Shown: positions 25,316 through 35,977, counted from the stretch's first letter. The stretch: 60,749 bases of DNA from Pirellulales bacterium (GCA_041750795.1 JBGSYQ010000368.1:1-60749); one strand, 5' to 3'. Notes: generated by a model from the letters alone, not told the origin. Program-made: numbers and translations.

Positions 25316-27028
25316 GCGCCGCGCGGTTTTTCGGACGGCCAGTCGGTGCCCCGGCTCCGGCTCGCTTCGCGGAAACGATACACGGATCGTCGTTCCTTGG
25401 CCCGGCGCCGAGCTGATCTCGATGTCGCCGCCGAGAAGGTTCACGCGTTCCTGCATCGCCAACAGGCCCATGCTCTCGCCACGCAGGCCTCTCTGTTGTG
25501 CCGTTGCCACGTCAAAGCCGACCCCGTCATCGCGGATCAACAGCTCCAAACTTCCCATGGCATCGCGCAGGTCCACAGTAATCCGCCTGGCATTGGCGTG
25601 GCGTACGATGTTGGTCACGGCTTCCTGAAGGACACGAAAACAGGCCGTCTCCACTTCAGGACAGAACCGGTCGACCAGGGGCTCAAGTCTGCATTCCGCG
25701 GTGAAACCCGAGCGCTGCGATTGTCGATCCAGATAAGCTTGCGCGGCGCACGACAGGCCCATTTTGTCGAGAAGGCTCGGCCGTAGATCGAGAGACAGGT
25801 TCCTGGCTTGCATGAGCGCCTCTTCAATCATCGACACCGATGCGTACACCAGGTCGCTCGATGGCTGGTTCAGAGACGTCCGCTTGAGAACTTCGAGGTT
25901 GATCTTTGTGGCTGCCAGCGCCTGGCCAATGACGTGATGAAGTTCTAGAGCGATATGTCGTCGCTCGGCCTCTTGCGCTTTCAACAGTTGTCTCGAAAGC
26001 TGCTTGAGCCGTTCGCGCCCGCGCCGCACTTCCTCGAGTAAGCGCGCCCCCTGCACCGCCACGGCAATGTGTTGGGTAATCTGACCGGCCAGCGTCAAGC
26101 AGTTTGGCGCGACTTCCGAAGGTTGCTCGACGCCCAACACCAGTACCGCGACGAGCTCATTCTCGGCCAGGATCGGTAGCGCGGCGTAGGAGCGGACACC
26201 CTCTTGAAGCAGGATGTCGATCAGCGGCGGCGGTTTTGGTATCGCCGCCAGATCTTCGACCACGCGCGTGCCACCGTGGCGAAGGTCCTCGAAGCCGCCA
26301 AACCATTCCATCGGGTGATACGTTCCCGGCGTCAACAATCTCTGGGAGGCAGCGCGCGTCGGGAAAGGCGACACGGTTTTGGCTTCGTGGTCGAAAAGAA
26401 AAATACACGCCAGCTTGCAGCGTACCATCCTGTGTATATGCGACATGACCGCCTGGGCGATCTCGCGCAGGGATCGCGCGGCCAGGATGGCCCCCTCGAT
26501 ATCGCCCATCGCCTCGAGGCGGCGCGCGTACCGAATCGATTCTTTTTCCGCTCGCTTGCGCTGGGTAATATCCTTGAGCACCCATAGATGGATGCGCGGC
26601 AATACGTTGGCAACCGACTTGCACTCGACGTCGCGCAGCGTGCCGTCTTTGCGGCGAACGATGTCCTCGCGGACGGCTTCCCCTTCCGAAATGAACTGAC
26701 GCCATTGCACGTCGAATTCGGCCTGACTCTCCGACGGTGCGATGGCAGTAACGTGCAACTGCAAAAGCTCTTCGCGGCCATACCCGAGCAGGCGGCATGC
26801 GGCGGGATTGGCTTCGACAACGCGGGCCGCGTCGTCGAACAACAAGATCGCATTCAGTGCCTTGTGAAAGACAGCCGGCCAAAGACCCGAAACCAGTTCA
26901 AGCTCTTGCTCGGGCACGTGACGTCCCTTTCCTGATCGAAAGCAATCGCTTGGGAGCAAATCGGGCGAATCGCACATGGCCGCGGCACCACTCGTCGGAG
27001 CCTGGCACGCTCTTGAAGGGACGACCAC
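25301..27028 (-). CDS. PAS-GAF-HisKA_3 sensor kinase (start uncertain)
   Basis: AQEAERRHIALELHH...LRPSLLD...QEAVTNIVRH...DDGVGF. Confidence 0.88.
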   Translation of the reverse strand: MVVPSRACQAPTSGAAAMCDSPDLLPSDCFRSGKGRHVPEQELELVSGLWPAVFHKALNAILLFDDAARVVEANPAACRLLGYGREELLQLHVTAIAPSESQAEFDVQWRQFISEGEAVREDIVRRKDGTLRDVECKSVANVLPRIHLWVLKDITQRKRAEKESIRYARRLEAMGDIEGAILAARSLREIAQAVMSHIHRMVRCKLACIFLFDHEAKTVSPFPTRAASQRLLTPGTYHPMEWFGGFEDLRHGGTRVVEDLAAIPKPPPLIDILLQEGVRSYAALPILAENELVAVLVLGVEQPSEVAPNCLTLAGQITQHIAVAVQGARLLEEVRRGRERLKQLSRQLLKAQEAERRHIALELHHVIGQALAATKINLEVLKRTSLNQPSSDLVYASVSMIEEALMQARNLSLDLRPSLLDKMGLSCAAQAYLDRQSQRSGFTAECRLEPLVDRFCPEVETACFRVLQEAVTNIVRHANARRITVDLRDAMGSLELLIRDDGVGFDVATAQQRGLRGESMGLLAMQERVNLLGGDIEISSAPGQGTTIRVSFPRSEPEPGHRLAVRKTARRSTSA

Positions 27029-27704
27029 CCGTTTTGAGGCAGAGCGACAGGTCGTTGCCTGCGGGGATTGTCGTCACCTGGAGCCTCCTTGATTCGTTGT
27101 GCTGGCGACGGCGGCAATGCGATCCGAAGCGTTCCGCGACGGATCAATTGCTGCGCATGATTCTTCCGAACTTATCGGCTTTGCGAAAAATCTGCGAGCG
27201 ACACCCCAAACACAGACCTGAGTGCGATCAAACAACCAGTAGCGGGGGCTGGCCCGCTGGGGGCATACCACTAGGGGGGCTAGCCCGCTGCGAAGATACC
27301 ACGAATGGAAGTCCTTGCAATATCGGGTCAACACCCTAGTTGCAATGCACCTGTCGTCGCGCCCTCAGGTATTTGAATTCTCCCCCACGAAAGCCGAGCA
27401 CAGCTCGCGCGCAAACGGCCGTCAGCATTGGCGTTCCAGCATGGCAGCGAAAGCCCATAGCGCGGGAACCGGGCAGCCAGGGAAAACCACTGACCGCGCC
27501 GCGCGTCCCTGCCCGGAGCTACGACCGCAATAAGCACTCTCCATGCGCGCCGCAAAGCGGCGACGGATCGCGACGGAACAGGGTAGGAGATGGGCGACGT
27601 CCGGGAGCGCATAGAATCGCTGGTGCGAAGTGTCTTGGGAATCGCCATCGACGATGGACGGCCCGATCGCGCTTTATCGCACGTCGCGGGTCTCGAAGAG
27701 TAAT

Positions 27705-30700
27705 TCATTCGCCCTGCGGACGATTCGTCGGCAGGGTGCAGGTGACCAGCGTGCCCTGGGGTTGCGCCGACTCGATGGTCAGTACGGCCCTGATGATGCT
27801 GGCGCGGGTGCGCATGATGCGCAAGCCCAATCCTGTCGTCGTATCGCTTATTCCCACGCCATTGTCGGCGATTTGCAGGACCACGGCGTCGCGGCCGGAT
27901 CGAACTTGAATGTGGACATTTCTTGCCTGGCTGTGCTTGACGGCGTTGGTACACGCCTCCTGCGCTATGTGATAGAGATGCGTCGCCTTGACTTCGTCTT
28001 CGACGGCGAGGCGCTGGTCGCACTCGGCTACGCATCGCCTTCCCGGCGGGTCGTCGAGACGCGACGCCAGTTCCGCCAGCGCTGTCGGCAGTTGGGCCGG
28101 GGTGATCTGCGTTTGAGCCAGACCGCGGGCCAAGTTGCGCACGAACTGCATGAGGCGATCGATTCCTTGGCGGACTTTATTGGCAATCTCGACGTCGGCC
28201 GTCGCGTCATGGGTGAGCGATTGCACGAGGTGGTCGGCCATCAAGCTGATTCCGGCCAGTTCCTGCCCGCACTCGTCGTGCAACTCGCGGCCGACGCGCT
28301 GTTGTTCCAACAGGGCAATTTCGACAACTTCGCGCTCCAGGTGCTTGCGACTGCTAATATCGCGCAGAATGCCGGTAAACATGTGCAAGGGCACCAGCTC
28401 GCTCACTGCAAGATCCACAGGAAACACCGTCCCGTCCTTTCGTTGGGCCAGCACTTCGCGGCTGATCCCCAGAATGTGGTTGATGCCGGTCTTGAGGTAG
28501 TCGGCCAGATAGCGATCGTGCTCTTCGCGGTACGGCGAGGGCATGAGCAGCGCCACGTTCTGACCGATCAGTTCCGCGGCCGTATATCCGAAGATCCGCT
28601 CGGTGGCCGGATTGACCGAGTCGATCCGCCCGTAAGCGTCGATGGTGATGATGGCATCGGTGGCGGCGTTCAGGATGGCGCTCAGACGCAGCTCGCGTTC
28701 GCGCAGCGACTCCTCCATTTCCATGCGTTCGGTGACGTCGGGGTTGCTGCCGGCCATGCCCAGAAATTCTCCGCTGGAGGAAATCCGTGGCTGGCCGTAT
28801 GACACGATCCACCGCCACTGACCGTCGTGGCGGCGAACGCGGACCTGAGCGGCACACGGCCGATGATCGCGCGCGGCCGCGGCAAAGGCCGCGCTATACT
28901 CCGCCGCGTCGTCGGGATGAATGATCGCTTGCCAGACTTGCGACCGCGCGGCGTCCAACGTGGTGCCGAAGAATTCGCAATAGGCGCGATTGACGTACTC
29001 TATTCGGCCTTCGGCATCGACAACCCAGATGGGCACGGGCGTGCCGTCGGCCATGATGCGGAACCGTTCCTCGCTTTCGCTCAGTGCCCTCGTCCGCTCG
29101 GCGACCTTGACCTCCAAAGCCTCGTTGAGCTGCTTCAGGAGCGTTATGTCGCTGAAGGTGACGACCACGCCGTCGATCCGATCGTCCGCCGTGCGATACG
29201 GCAGCGTGTGGCGGACAAGCCAGCGCCCATCGTGGGTCTGCACTTCTTTTTCCTGCGGTCTCAAATTGTGGAGCACCTTCCGAGCGTCGTCTTGAAACTC
29301 CGGATCGTGGAACTTCAGCCTGATGTCGCCGACGGGGCGGCCGACGTCCGCGGCAAGAAGGTTCAACATGCGGGTTGCACTCGGCGTGAAGCGGCGGATA
29401 TCGAGACCCCTTCCCAGAAAGATGACGGCGAGGTCGGTCGAATTGAGCAGATTGGTAATATCGTCATTGACGACCCCCAATTCTTGTAACTTGTCCTGGA
29501 GCTGGCTATTGACGGTGGTCAATTCCTCGTTGAGCGATTGCAGTTCCTCCTTGGACGTTTCCAGTTCTTCGTTCGCCGACTGGAGCTCTTCATTCATCGA
29601 CATCACTTCTTCGTTCGATGCCCTGAGCCCCTCGTTGGCGTTCTCCAGGTCCTCGATCGTGTCCTGTAGTTCTTCGCGCGTGCCGCGTAGTTCGGTTTCT
29701 AGCTGATGAAACACCGCAGCGTCGACTTTGCTCCGGGTAGTCGACGACTCGACAGGCTTGGCGTGCGGCTCGTCCTCGAAGACGATCAACAACGGGACTG
29801 CGTGAGTATGCGCGTGCGGCAGCGGTATCGCCGTGATCTGCACAGGAACGTATCTGCCATCTCGTTTGACGCGCCCGCCGCTGACAACAGCTCGTTGTTC
29901 TTCGTGCGCGGCTTGTTGAAACGCGGTCCGAACCTTGGCGCGCAGCCCTTCTCGCGTCATGGCAGACAGCGACTGGGTAGGCTGCCCGGCGGGATGCTGG
30001 AGGTAGCGGGACGTCGGACCATAGTAATACAGTATCTCTTTGGCCCGATTGACGAGCACGGCGGCCGGTGCGCAATGGTCGAGCAACGCGCGCTGCACCA
30101 AGGCTCCAAGTTTGAGATCGGACACGTTCGCCTCGGTCTCGCGAGCCGCCGGCAATCCTATCGTCCGTCCGAGCAACCTTTGCGTAAAGTCGACGCGATC
30201 GAGACGGCCGACGCCGATGCGGCGGAAAACCCGCCAGCGTTTGGAGACCGGCTCGAACAAGTCGGTATGCTTTCCGATCGTCTCGGAAGGTCCCAGCACT
30301 AAGTAACCGCCGTCGACTAGCGCGAAATGGAACAGCGTCAACAACTCCTGCTGCACCTCGGGCTCGAGGTAAATCAGCACGTTACGGCAACTGATCAGGT
30401 TCAGTCTTGAAAACGGCGCGTCGCGCAGCAGGTGGTGCACGGCGAAGGTGATCCGGTCCCGAAGCTCCTTCGAGGCTTGAAAGCGATGCTCGCCGAGGTC
30501 GACGAAGAAGCGAGCCAATCGTTCGGCGGACAAGTCCCCGGCGGTGTTGTTCGCATAGATGCCATGTCGGGCGATTTCCACCGCCGCTTCATTCAAATCG
30601 GTTGCGAAAACCCGCATGGCGCGATCCTGTTGCGCGCTCTCGATTTGCTCGGTCAACAAAATCGCAATCGAGTAGGCCTCCTCGCCGGTTGCGCATCCGG

Positions 30701-31730
30701 GCACCCAAACGCGCACGGGCTCGCCCGGCGGCGTGCTCTCGAGCAACTCCGGAACGACCGCGCGCCCCAAGAGTTGAAACACTTCCGCGTCGCGGAAGAA
30801 CGTCGTGACGTTGATCAGCAGGTCTTTGACAAGCTGGTTGACTTCCGCCGGGTGCTTGAGCAGGAACCGTCGGTAGTCTCGCAGCTGAGCGATTCGGTTG
30901 AGGCTCATGCGGCGGGTGATGCGACGCAGCAGTGTCTGCTTGCGGTAACGACGGAAATCGTGCCCAGCATTAACCAGGATCAGCGTCAGAATATCATTGA
31001 GCTGTTGGCTGGCGTCCTCGATCGACTGCAGCGTCAAGGGGCCGATGTAGGACCTCGAGAAGTTGGCCAGTTCCTCGGGCATTTGTGCGACGGGTAACAC
31101 AAAATCAACCAACCCAGTGGCTACGGCGGCTCGGGGCATCGAATCGTACTCGGCTGTTTGCGGGTCTTGCGCCAGGACCAGGCCGCCGTGGGCCTTGATC
31201 GCCCGTAGCCCGTGTATGCCGTGAGCACCCGTTCCGGAGAAGATGATGCCGATGGCTTTGTCCCCGTGGTCCTCGGCCAGCGATTGCAATAAGAGGTCGA
31301 ATGGTGGCGGGGTATGTCGCTTGATCGGCCCCGTCAGGCGCAGAGTGCCTGCGCGGACTCGCATGTACTTGTTGGGGGGAATCACATAAACGTGATTCTC
31401 CGCAAGCTTCATGCCCTCGCGCGCCTCAACGACCGGCATCGCGGTGCAGCGCGCCAGCAAGCCGGCCAACATGCTTTCCTGATTTGGATCGAGGTGCGGA
31501 ACCAGGACGAAGGCCATACCGCTGTCGGAAGGCATCGCCGTAAAGAACTTCTTGAAGGCATCCAATCCGCCAGCCGATGCGCAAATGCCCACAACAGGCA
31601 TCGCCGGCAATGCTGCCTGGCCCGGCGATTCGGACGACGCTTCCGGGGTGGCCCGAACTCGTGACCGTCGAGGCGGCGTGCGTTTCCTGGTGCCCGCTTT
31701 GTCCTTCTTCGCCTGTTTTTTTGCAGCCAT
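27705..31730 (-). CDS. CheB-CheR-PAS-PAS-HisKA_3 kinase fusion
   Basis: ASAGGL/PHLDP, GCATGEEAYS, NEELQS repeats, PAS domains, RELHDECGQ. Confidence 0.92.
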   Translation of the reverse strand: MAAKKQAKKDKAGTRKRTPPRRSRVRATPEASSESPGQAALPAMPVVGICASAGGLDAFKKFFTAMPSDSGMAFVLVPHLDPNQESMLAGLLARCTAMPVVEAREGMKLAENHVYVIPPNKYMRVRAGTLRLTGPIKRHTPPPFDLLLQSLAEDHGDKAIGIIFSGTGAHGIHGLRAIKAHGGLVLAQDPQTAEYDSMPRAAVATGLVDFVLPVAQMPEELANFSRSYIGPLTLQSIEDASQQLNDILTLILVNAGHDFRRYRKQTLLRRITRRMSLNRIAQLRDYRRFLLKHPAEVNQLVKDLLINVTTFFRDAEVFQLLGRAVVPELLESTPPGEPVRVWVPGCATGEEAYSIAILLTEQIESAQQDRAMRVFATDLNEAAVEIARHGIYANNTAGDLSAERLARFFVDLGEHRFQASKELRDRITFAVHHLLRDAPFSRLNLISCRNVLIYLEPEVQQELLTLFHFALVDGGYLVLGPSETIGKHTDLFEPVSKRWRVFRRIGVGRLDRVDFTQRLLGRTIGLPAARETEANVSDLKLGALVQRALLDHCAPAAVLVNRAKEILYYYGPTSRYLQHPAGQPTQSLSAMTREGLRAKVRTAFQQAAHEEQRAVVSGGRVKRDGRYVPVQITAIPLPHAHTHAVPLLIVFEDEPHAKPVESSTTRSKVDAAVFHQLETELRGTREELQDTIEDLENANEGLRASNEEVMSMNEELQSANEELETSKEELQSLNEELTTVNSQLQDKLQELGVVNDDITNLLNSTDLAVIFLGRGLDIRRFTPSATRMLNLLAADVGRPVGDIRLKFHDPEFQDDARKVLHNLRPQEKEVQTHDGRWLVRHTLPYRTADDRIDGVVVTFSDITLLKQLNEALEVKVAERTRALSESEERFRIMADGTPVPIWVVDAEGRIEYVNRAYCEFFGTTLDAARSQVWQAIIHPDDAAEYSAAFAAAARDHRPCAAQVRVRRHDGQWRWIVSYGQPRISSSGEFLGMAGSNPDVTERMEMEESLRERELRLSAILNAATDAIITIDAYGRIDSVNPATERIFGYTAAELIGQNVALLMPSPYREEHDRYLADYLKTGINHILGISREVLAQRKDGTVFPVDLAVSELVPLHMFTGILRDISSRKHLEREVVEIALLEQQRVGRELHDECGQELAGISLMADHLVQSLTHDATADVEIANKVRQGIDRLMQFVRNLARGLAQTQITPAQLPTALAELASRLDDPPGRRCVAECDQRLAVEDEVKATHLYHIAQEACTNAVKHSQARNVHIQVRSGRDAVVLQIADNGVGISDTTTGLGLRIMRTRASIIRAVLTIESAQPQGTLVTCTLPTNRPQGE

Positions 31731-32040
31731 CGCCGTCCTCGCCGGTTTTGAGATCGGAATGCCTCAAACCAACGACCAAGCGGAACTCTTATCAGACCGC
31801 CTAAGAAGAAGTCATTCGCCCGAATCAGTCAAGCCGACGAATAGCGCCGCACCCGGGCTAGAGATACGACGCAGGTCCCACGAGCGGTACGTGCAGATGA
31901 TCGCAACTCCTCGGAAACTACCAGCCGGATCCATCGCGATCGCACCGAAATTACCACGAAAGCTGGCCCCCCGCGAGTCCTTTGTTAGCGCCCTTCGATA
32001 AACGCGCAATGACCTTGCCCCCAAGTTTGATCCACTTGGA

Positions 32041-32260
32041 ACGCTCGGCATGCAACTCGTCGGGATGCGTCGGCGGACGCCCCACCTTGCCCGGCACCGT
32101 CGGGTACGACAGGTCCGTCGTCAGAATTTCCAGCTGATTGCTACGATTGGCCGGCACCGCACGCACCACCAGCGGCGCGCCTCCGCGATCGACCAGCAGC
32201 GTGAATTTCGTCCCTTTTTTTCTGGGGATCGACGGGACTCGGCCCGCGCATGGTCCCCCA
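32041..32260 (-). mobile_element. IS5-family transposase internal fragment
   Basis: GPSPVD(frameshift)RKKGTKFTLLVDRGGAPL...PAN...GKVGRPPTHPDELHAE. Confidence 0.65.
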
Positions 32261-32424
32261 TCGCGGAGTACAGCCCAGCCAGGTTGTCGTGCCGTCGTGG
32301 TTAATCCACTTCCGGAGAGTTTGCGACGGCGGTTAAACTTTTCCCAATAGTCTCCCCGTCCGAACGAATACGCCGGTAGCTCCCCCGTTCCATCCATTGC
32401 CCATTGCCTACGCCGAGGTCGCCG

Positions 32425-33504
32425 ATGTCCACTTTTCTTAAGTTGACCCTGCTGAGCGTGATTGTTTGTTGGTCTGGCGTGGCGGCGGCCGAAGACGTCG
32501 TGCGCGGCGAGCAGGGGCGGAAAATCGACGCGTACATGACCCGGCACACGAAGAGCGGTTTTAGCGGCGTCGTGTTCGCCGCGCGCGGCGGCGAGCTCAT
32601 CATCTCCAAGGGCTACGGGCTGGCCGACGACGCGAAGCAAATTCCCTTTGCCGACGATACCGTCTTCGACATCGGCTCGATCACCAAGCAATTCACCGGC
32701 GCCGCCATTGTGAAGCTCGAGTCGCAGGGCAAGTTGCAAGTGACCGACACGATCGACAAGTACTTCGATATCGTGCCGGCCGACAAGCGCCAGATCACCT
32801 TGCACCACCTGCTGACGCACTCTTCCGGGCTGCGCGACGCGTTTGGCGACGACTACGAGCCTGTCTCGCGCGACGAGATCATCAAGCGCGCGATGGAGTC
32901 GAAATTGTTGTGGGCGCCCGGGACGCGCTATCGGTATTCGAACGGCGGATACAGCCTGCTGGCCGCGATCGTCGAGCTGGTGACCGGCAACACGTACGAC
33001 CGCTATCTGCACGACGCGTTGTTCGCGCCCGCCGGCATGTTGCACACCGGCTACCAGATTCCCGAGTTAAATCCGGATCAGTTGGCCCACGGCTATCTCA
33101 CCGACGGTGAGGACACCGGCACACCGGTCGATCATGCCTGGGCCGACGATGGTCCGTATTGGAACTTGCGAGGCAACGGCGGCATCCTGTCAACCGCCGA
33201 AGACATGTTCCGCTGGCACCAGGCGCTCAACGGCACCGAGGTGCTTCCCGAGGATGCCAAGGCCAAATACTTCGCCCCACACGTGCCAGAAGGTCCGCGT
33301 GCCAAAACCCATTACGGCTACGGCTGGGTCATCGGCACCGCCGGCGACGACTCAACATACCACTGGCACAATGGCGGCAACGGTATCTTCTTCGCCGACA
33401 TGAGTCGCTACCTCGGCGACGACATGGTGCTCATCATGGCCTCCAACCGCAAAGGCCGCTCCGCCGACATCCCCAAGCTGGCCGTGCTGAATATCCTGCG
33501 ATAG
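32425..33504 (+). CDS. Serine hydrolase, beta-lactamase/class C-like
   Basis: Signal peptide, SITK (SxxK), LLTHSSG, YSN, HNG. Confidence 0.9.
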   Translation: MSTFLKLTLLSVIVCWSGVAAAEDVVRGEQGRKIDAYMTRHTKSGFSGVVFAARGGELIISKGYGLADDAKQIPFADDTVFDIGSITKQFTGAAIVKLESQGKLQVTDTIDKYFDIVPADKRQITLHHLLTHSSGLRDAFGDDYEPVSRDEIIKRAMESKLLWAPGTRYRYSNGGYSLLAAIVELVTGNTYDRYLHDALFAPAGMLHTGYQIPELNPDQLAHGYLTDGEDTGTPVDHAWADDGPYWNLRGNGGILSTAEDMFRWHQALNGTEVLPEDAKAKYFAPHVPEGPRAKTHYGYGWVIGTAGDDSTYHWHNGGNGIFFADMSRYLGDDMVLIMASNRKGRSADIPKLAVLNILR

Positions 33505-33520
33505 CAGCCCAGGTAGCTTA

Positions 33521-33671
33521 GCAGTCTTTTGAAAAATGCCATCGTGGCATTTTTCAACCTCGCCAAGTGCGAAGCAAAGCTTCGCACGGCTCGCAAAATA
33601 ACGACTTGCGTCGCTATTTTGTCATCGCGTCCGTGCGATGTCACAGCCCGTCGAATTCTTCCCCGGGCTGC
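33521..33671. mobile_element. 151-bp MITE/REP-like palindromic element, copy 1
   Basis: TA-flanked, imperfect TIRs, internal hairpins; same-length homolog at 53722-53872. Confidence 0.75.
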
Positions 33672-33909
33672 TAGCTCAATTGGATAGAGCAGCGGACTTC
33701 TACTGGTAACGGCCGCTGAGCGGAACTTGCGTTTTCCAGCCATTAGCCCGTATATTTACGAGACTTCCGTTAAAAGCGTTTCTCAGCCGAAAGACCCCGC
33801 TGCGGGTGTAGCCACACCCGGTCGTGCTGCCTGTGGTATTTTCGCGGTGAATGCATAAATTTGAGCTCTTAATCCGAAATGCGACGGGGTTCGAGTCCCG
33901 GAGCAGTCA
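33665..33909 (+). tRNA. Interrupted, degenerate tRNA (5' half Arg-TCT-like; 169-nt insert in the anticodon loop)
   Basis: D-arm GCTC-AATTGGATA-GAGC, GCGGA-CTTCT at 33692-33701; AATCCG...GGTTCGAGTCCC...AGCAGTCA at 33871-33909; no CCA, several mismatches. Confidence 0.65.
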
Positions 33910-34001
33910 CTCTCTCCAATTCTTCACCGCATTCCGGGAGCGGTTCGGGGTATGCAGCGAATTCGTACGTGTGAATGGTCACAGCGGTACCCTATCGAAC
34001 G

Positions 34002-34409
34002 ATGGAAATGGCCTCTGCATTGAGTCGCGATCTGGCCCGACGATTGCTGGTTGTGGAAGCAGCAAGCAATAGCGCCCCCGATGCGCACGTGGATGCAGCG
34101 GTGCGCGTGTGTGAGAAGCTGCGCATCTCCCTGACACGATTCGCCGGTTCAGACGCCTTCACGTCGCTCCTGCGGCGGGCGCTCACGTTGGCCCGCGCGG
34201 ATTGCCCTTTGCTTGAAACTGTTAAGCTCAAGCCCGACGGCTCCCTGGAAGGGCTTGAAGCACTCGCAGTTGATGCGACAAACGGTGGACCGGAGGCGGC
34301 AGTCGCGATCACTGCTCATTTGCTCGGGCTGCTCGTGGCTTTCATCGGCGAACCCCTCACGCTGCGGCTGGTGCGCGACGCTTGGCCGGACGGATCGTTG
34401 GGCGAATAA
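34002..34409 (+). CDS. Hypothetical protein preceding the KaiC-like ATPase
   Basis: VCEKLRISLTRFAG...LLGLLVAFIGEPLTLRLVRDAWP; co-oriented 20 nt before the next gene. Confidence 0.7.
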   Translation: MEMASALSRDLARRLLVVEAASNSAPDAHVDAAVRVCEKLRISLTRFAGSDAFTSLLRRALTLARADCPLLETVKLKPDGSLEGLEALAVDATNGGPEAAVAITAHLLGLLVAFIGEPLTLRLVRDAWPDGSLGE

Positions 34410-34429
34410 TATCGGAGAAACAAGGCGCG

Positions 34430-35977
34430 ATGAGTAAGCTCCCCAGAAAAGCTCAAGGTCGAGATCGAGTCAAGATTCGGCAGTTGCCCACCGGCGTACC
34501 GGGCCTTGATGAAATCCTCGGCGGCGGCCTGCCCGAGTACTCGTTCAACATCATCGCCGGCGCTCCCGGAAGCGGCAAGACGACGCTGGCGCACCAGATC
34601 ATGTTCGCCAACGCCACCCCAGAGCGGCCGGCGCTGTACTTCACCGTGCTGGGCGAGCCGGCCATCAAGATGCTGCGCTACCAGCAGCAGTTCGAATTCT
34701 TCGATGATACCAAAATGGACGGATCGATCCGCTTCATCAACCTCAGCCAGATCGTCCTGGACCAGGACCTCGGCGCGGTCCTGGATGCCATCGCCAAGGA
34801 GCTCGAGACGTCCCAGGCGCACATTGTTGTGGTGGACTCCTTCCGCACTGTGGTGCGCAAGGCGCAAGGCAACGTGAGCGAGATGGAGCTTCAGGGGTTC
34901 GTCCAGCGTCTGGCGCTCCATCTGACCAGTTGGCAAGCGACCACGTTCCTGATCGGCGAGTACGTCGAAGGCGAACTGCGCGACAACCCGGTCTTCACCG
35001 TGGCCGACGGGCTGTTTTGGCTCTACCAGAACGTCGAGCGCAATTCGATCGTGCGTAAGATGCAGGTCATGAAGTTGCGCGGCCAGGCGTCCGTGCCCGG
35101 CCTGCACACCTTCCGCATCACCGACGCCGGACTGCAAACCTTCCCGCGCACCTTCGGCCTCGTCGGAGAATCGGGACAGATGAAGGGTCGGCGGCGTCTT
35201 TCCACCGGCATCGGCGAGCTCGATGCGCTGCTGGGCGGCGGCGTCCCCGAGGGCGACAGCCTGATCCTGGCCGGACCTTCCGGGTCGGGCAAGTCCACGC
35301 TCGGCTCACACTTCATCGCTGAGGGGTTGCGCCACGGCGAGCCGGCGATCGTGGCCGTCTTCGAGGAGATACCGGCCGAGTACATCCAGCGGGCCGCCGC
35401 GCTCGGCTTCGACTTCGGCACGCCCCAGAAAAACGGCACCCTCAAGATTATCTATCTCCGGCCGCTAGACCTCTCCGTGGATGAGACCGTGCACGAAATC
35501 GTCAACAGCGTCAAAAAGCTCGGCTGCAAGCGGCTGGTCATCGACTCGCTGGTCGGCTTTGAGATGGCGCTGGCGCCCGGCTTCCGCGCCGACTTCCGCG
35601 AGTCGCTGTACCGGATGATCGCGGCCCTTACCCGCCTGGGCGTCACCATCATCAGCACCGTCGAGGTCGCGGAGGACTTTACTTCGCTGAATCTGAGCAA
35701 CTTCACCGTCTCGTTCCTTGCCGACGACATCGTGCGCTTGCGCTACGTCTCGATCAACGGCCAACTCCGCAAGATGCTGATGGTGGTGAAGATGCGGCGC
35801 AGCAAGCACAGCATCGACATGTGCGAATACCAGATCACCTCCAAGGGCGTGGTCATTGACAAGCCGCTGCGTGGCTACCGCGGCCTGACCAGCGGCATCC
35901 CTGCCCCCTGGTCATTCCAGTCCGAGGACATTCCTCAATTGCGAGCCGAGGCTGAGGAAGACAATCCCAATGGATAG
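34430..35977 (+). CDS. KaiC-like tandem RecA-fold ATPase
   Basis: Two P-loops (GAPGSGKT, GPSGSGKS), VVDS/VIDS, KLRG/KMRRS. Confidence 0.9.
   Translation: MSKLPRKAQGRDRVKIRQLPTGVPGLDEILGGGLPEYSFNIIAGAPGSGKTTLAHQIMFANATPERPALYFTVLGEPAIKMLRYQQQFEFFDDTKMDGSIRFINLSQIVLDQDLGAVLDAIAKELETSQAHIVVVDSFRTVVRKAQGNVSEMELQGFVQRLALHLTSWQATTFLIGEYVEGELRDNPVFTVADGLFWLYQNVERNSIVRKMQVMKLRGQASVPGLHTFRITDAGLQTFPRTFGLVGESGQMKGRRRLSTGIGELDALLGGGVPEGDSLILAGPSGSGKSTLGSHFIAEGLRHGEPAIVAVFEEIPAEYIQRAAALGFDFGTPQKNGTLKIIYLRPLDLSVDETVHEIVNSVKKLGCKRLVIDSLVGFEMALAPGFRADFRESLYRMIAALTRLGVTIISTVEVAEDFTSLNLSNFTVSFLADDIVRLRYVSINGQLRKMLMVVKMRRSKHSIDMCEYQITSKGVVIDKPLRGYRGLTSGIPAPWSFQSEDIPQLRAEAEEDNPNG

Noticed and set aside
27002..27016. 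sigma54-like TGGCACG sites at ~27003, ~56805 and ~59887
   Set aside because: Spacing is off by one or the -12 GC is missing, and there is no suitably oriented gene downstream
32425..33504. Bona fide antibiotic-resistance beta-lactamase
   Set aside because: The motifs only place it in the broad serine hydrolase family; substrate cannot be inferred
33702..33870. Group I intron in the tRNA
   Set aside because: No junction gives both a 5'-exon terminal U and an intron terminal G; no recognisable P7 core; the tRNA halves are degenerate
33665..33909. tmRNA
   Set aside because: It has a full D-arm and anticodon stem, is too short, lacks CCA and shows no tag reading frame
34430..35977. Circadian clock kaiC
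   Set aside because: No kaiA or kaiB nearby, and the context is a kinase module
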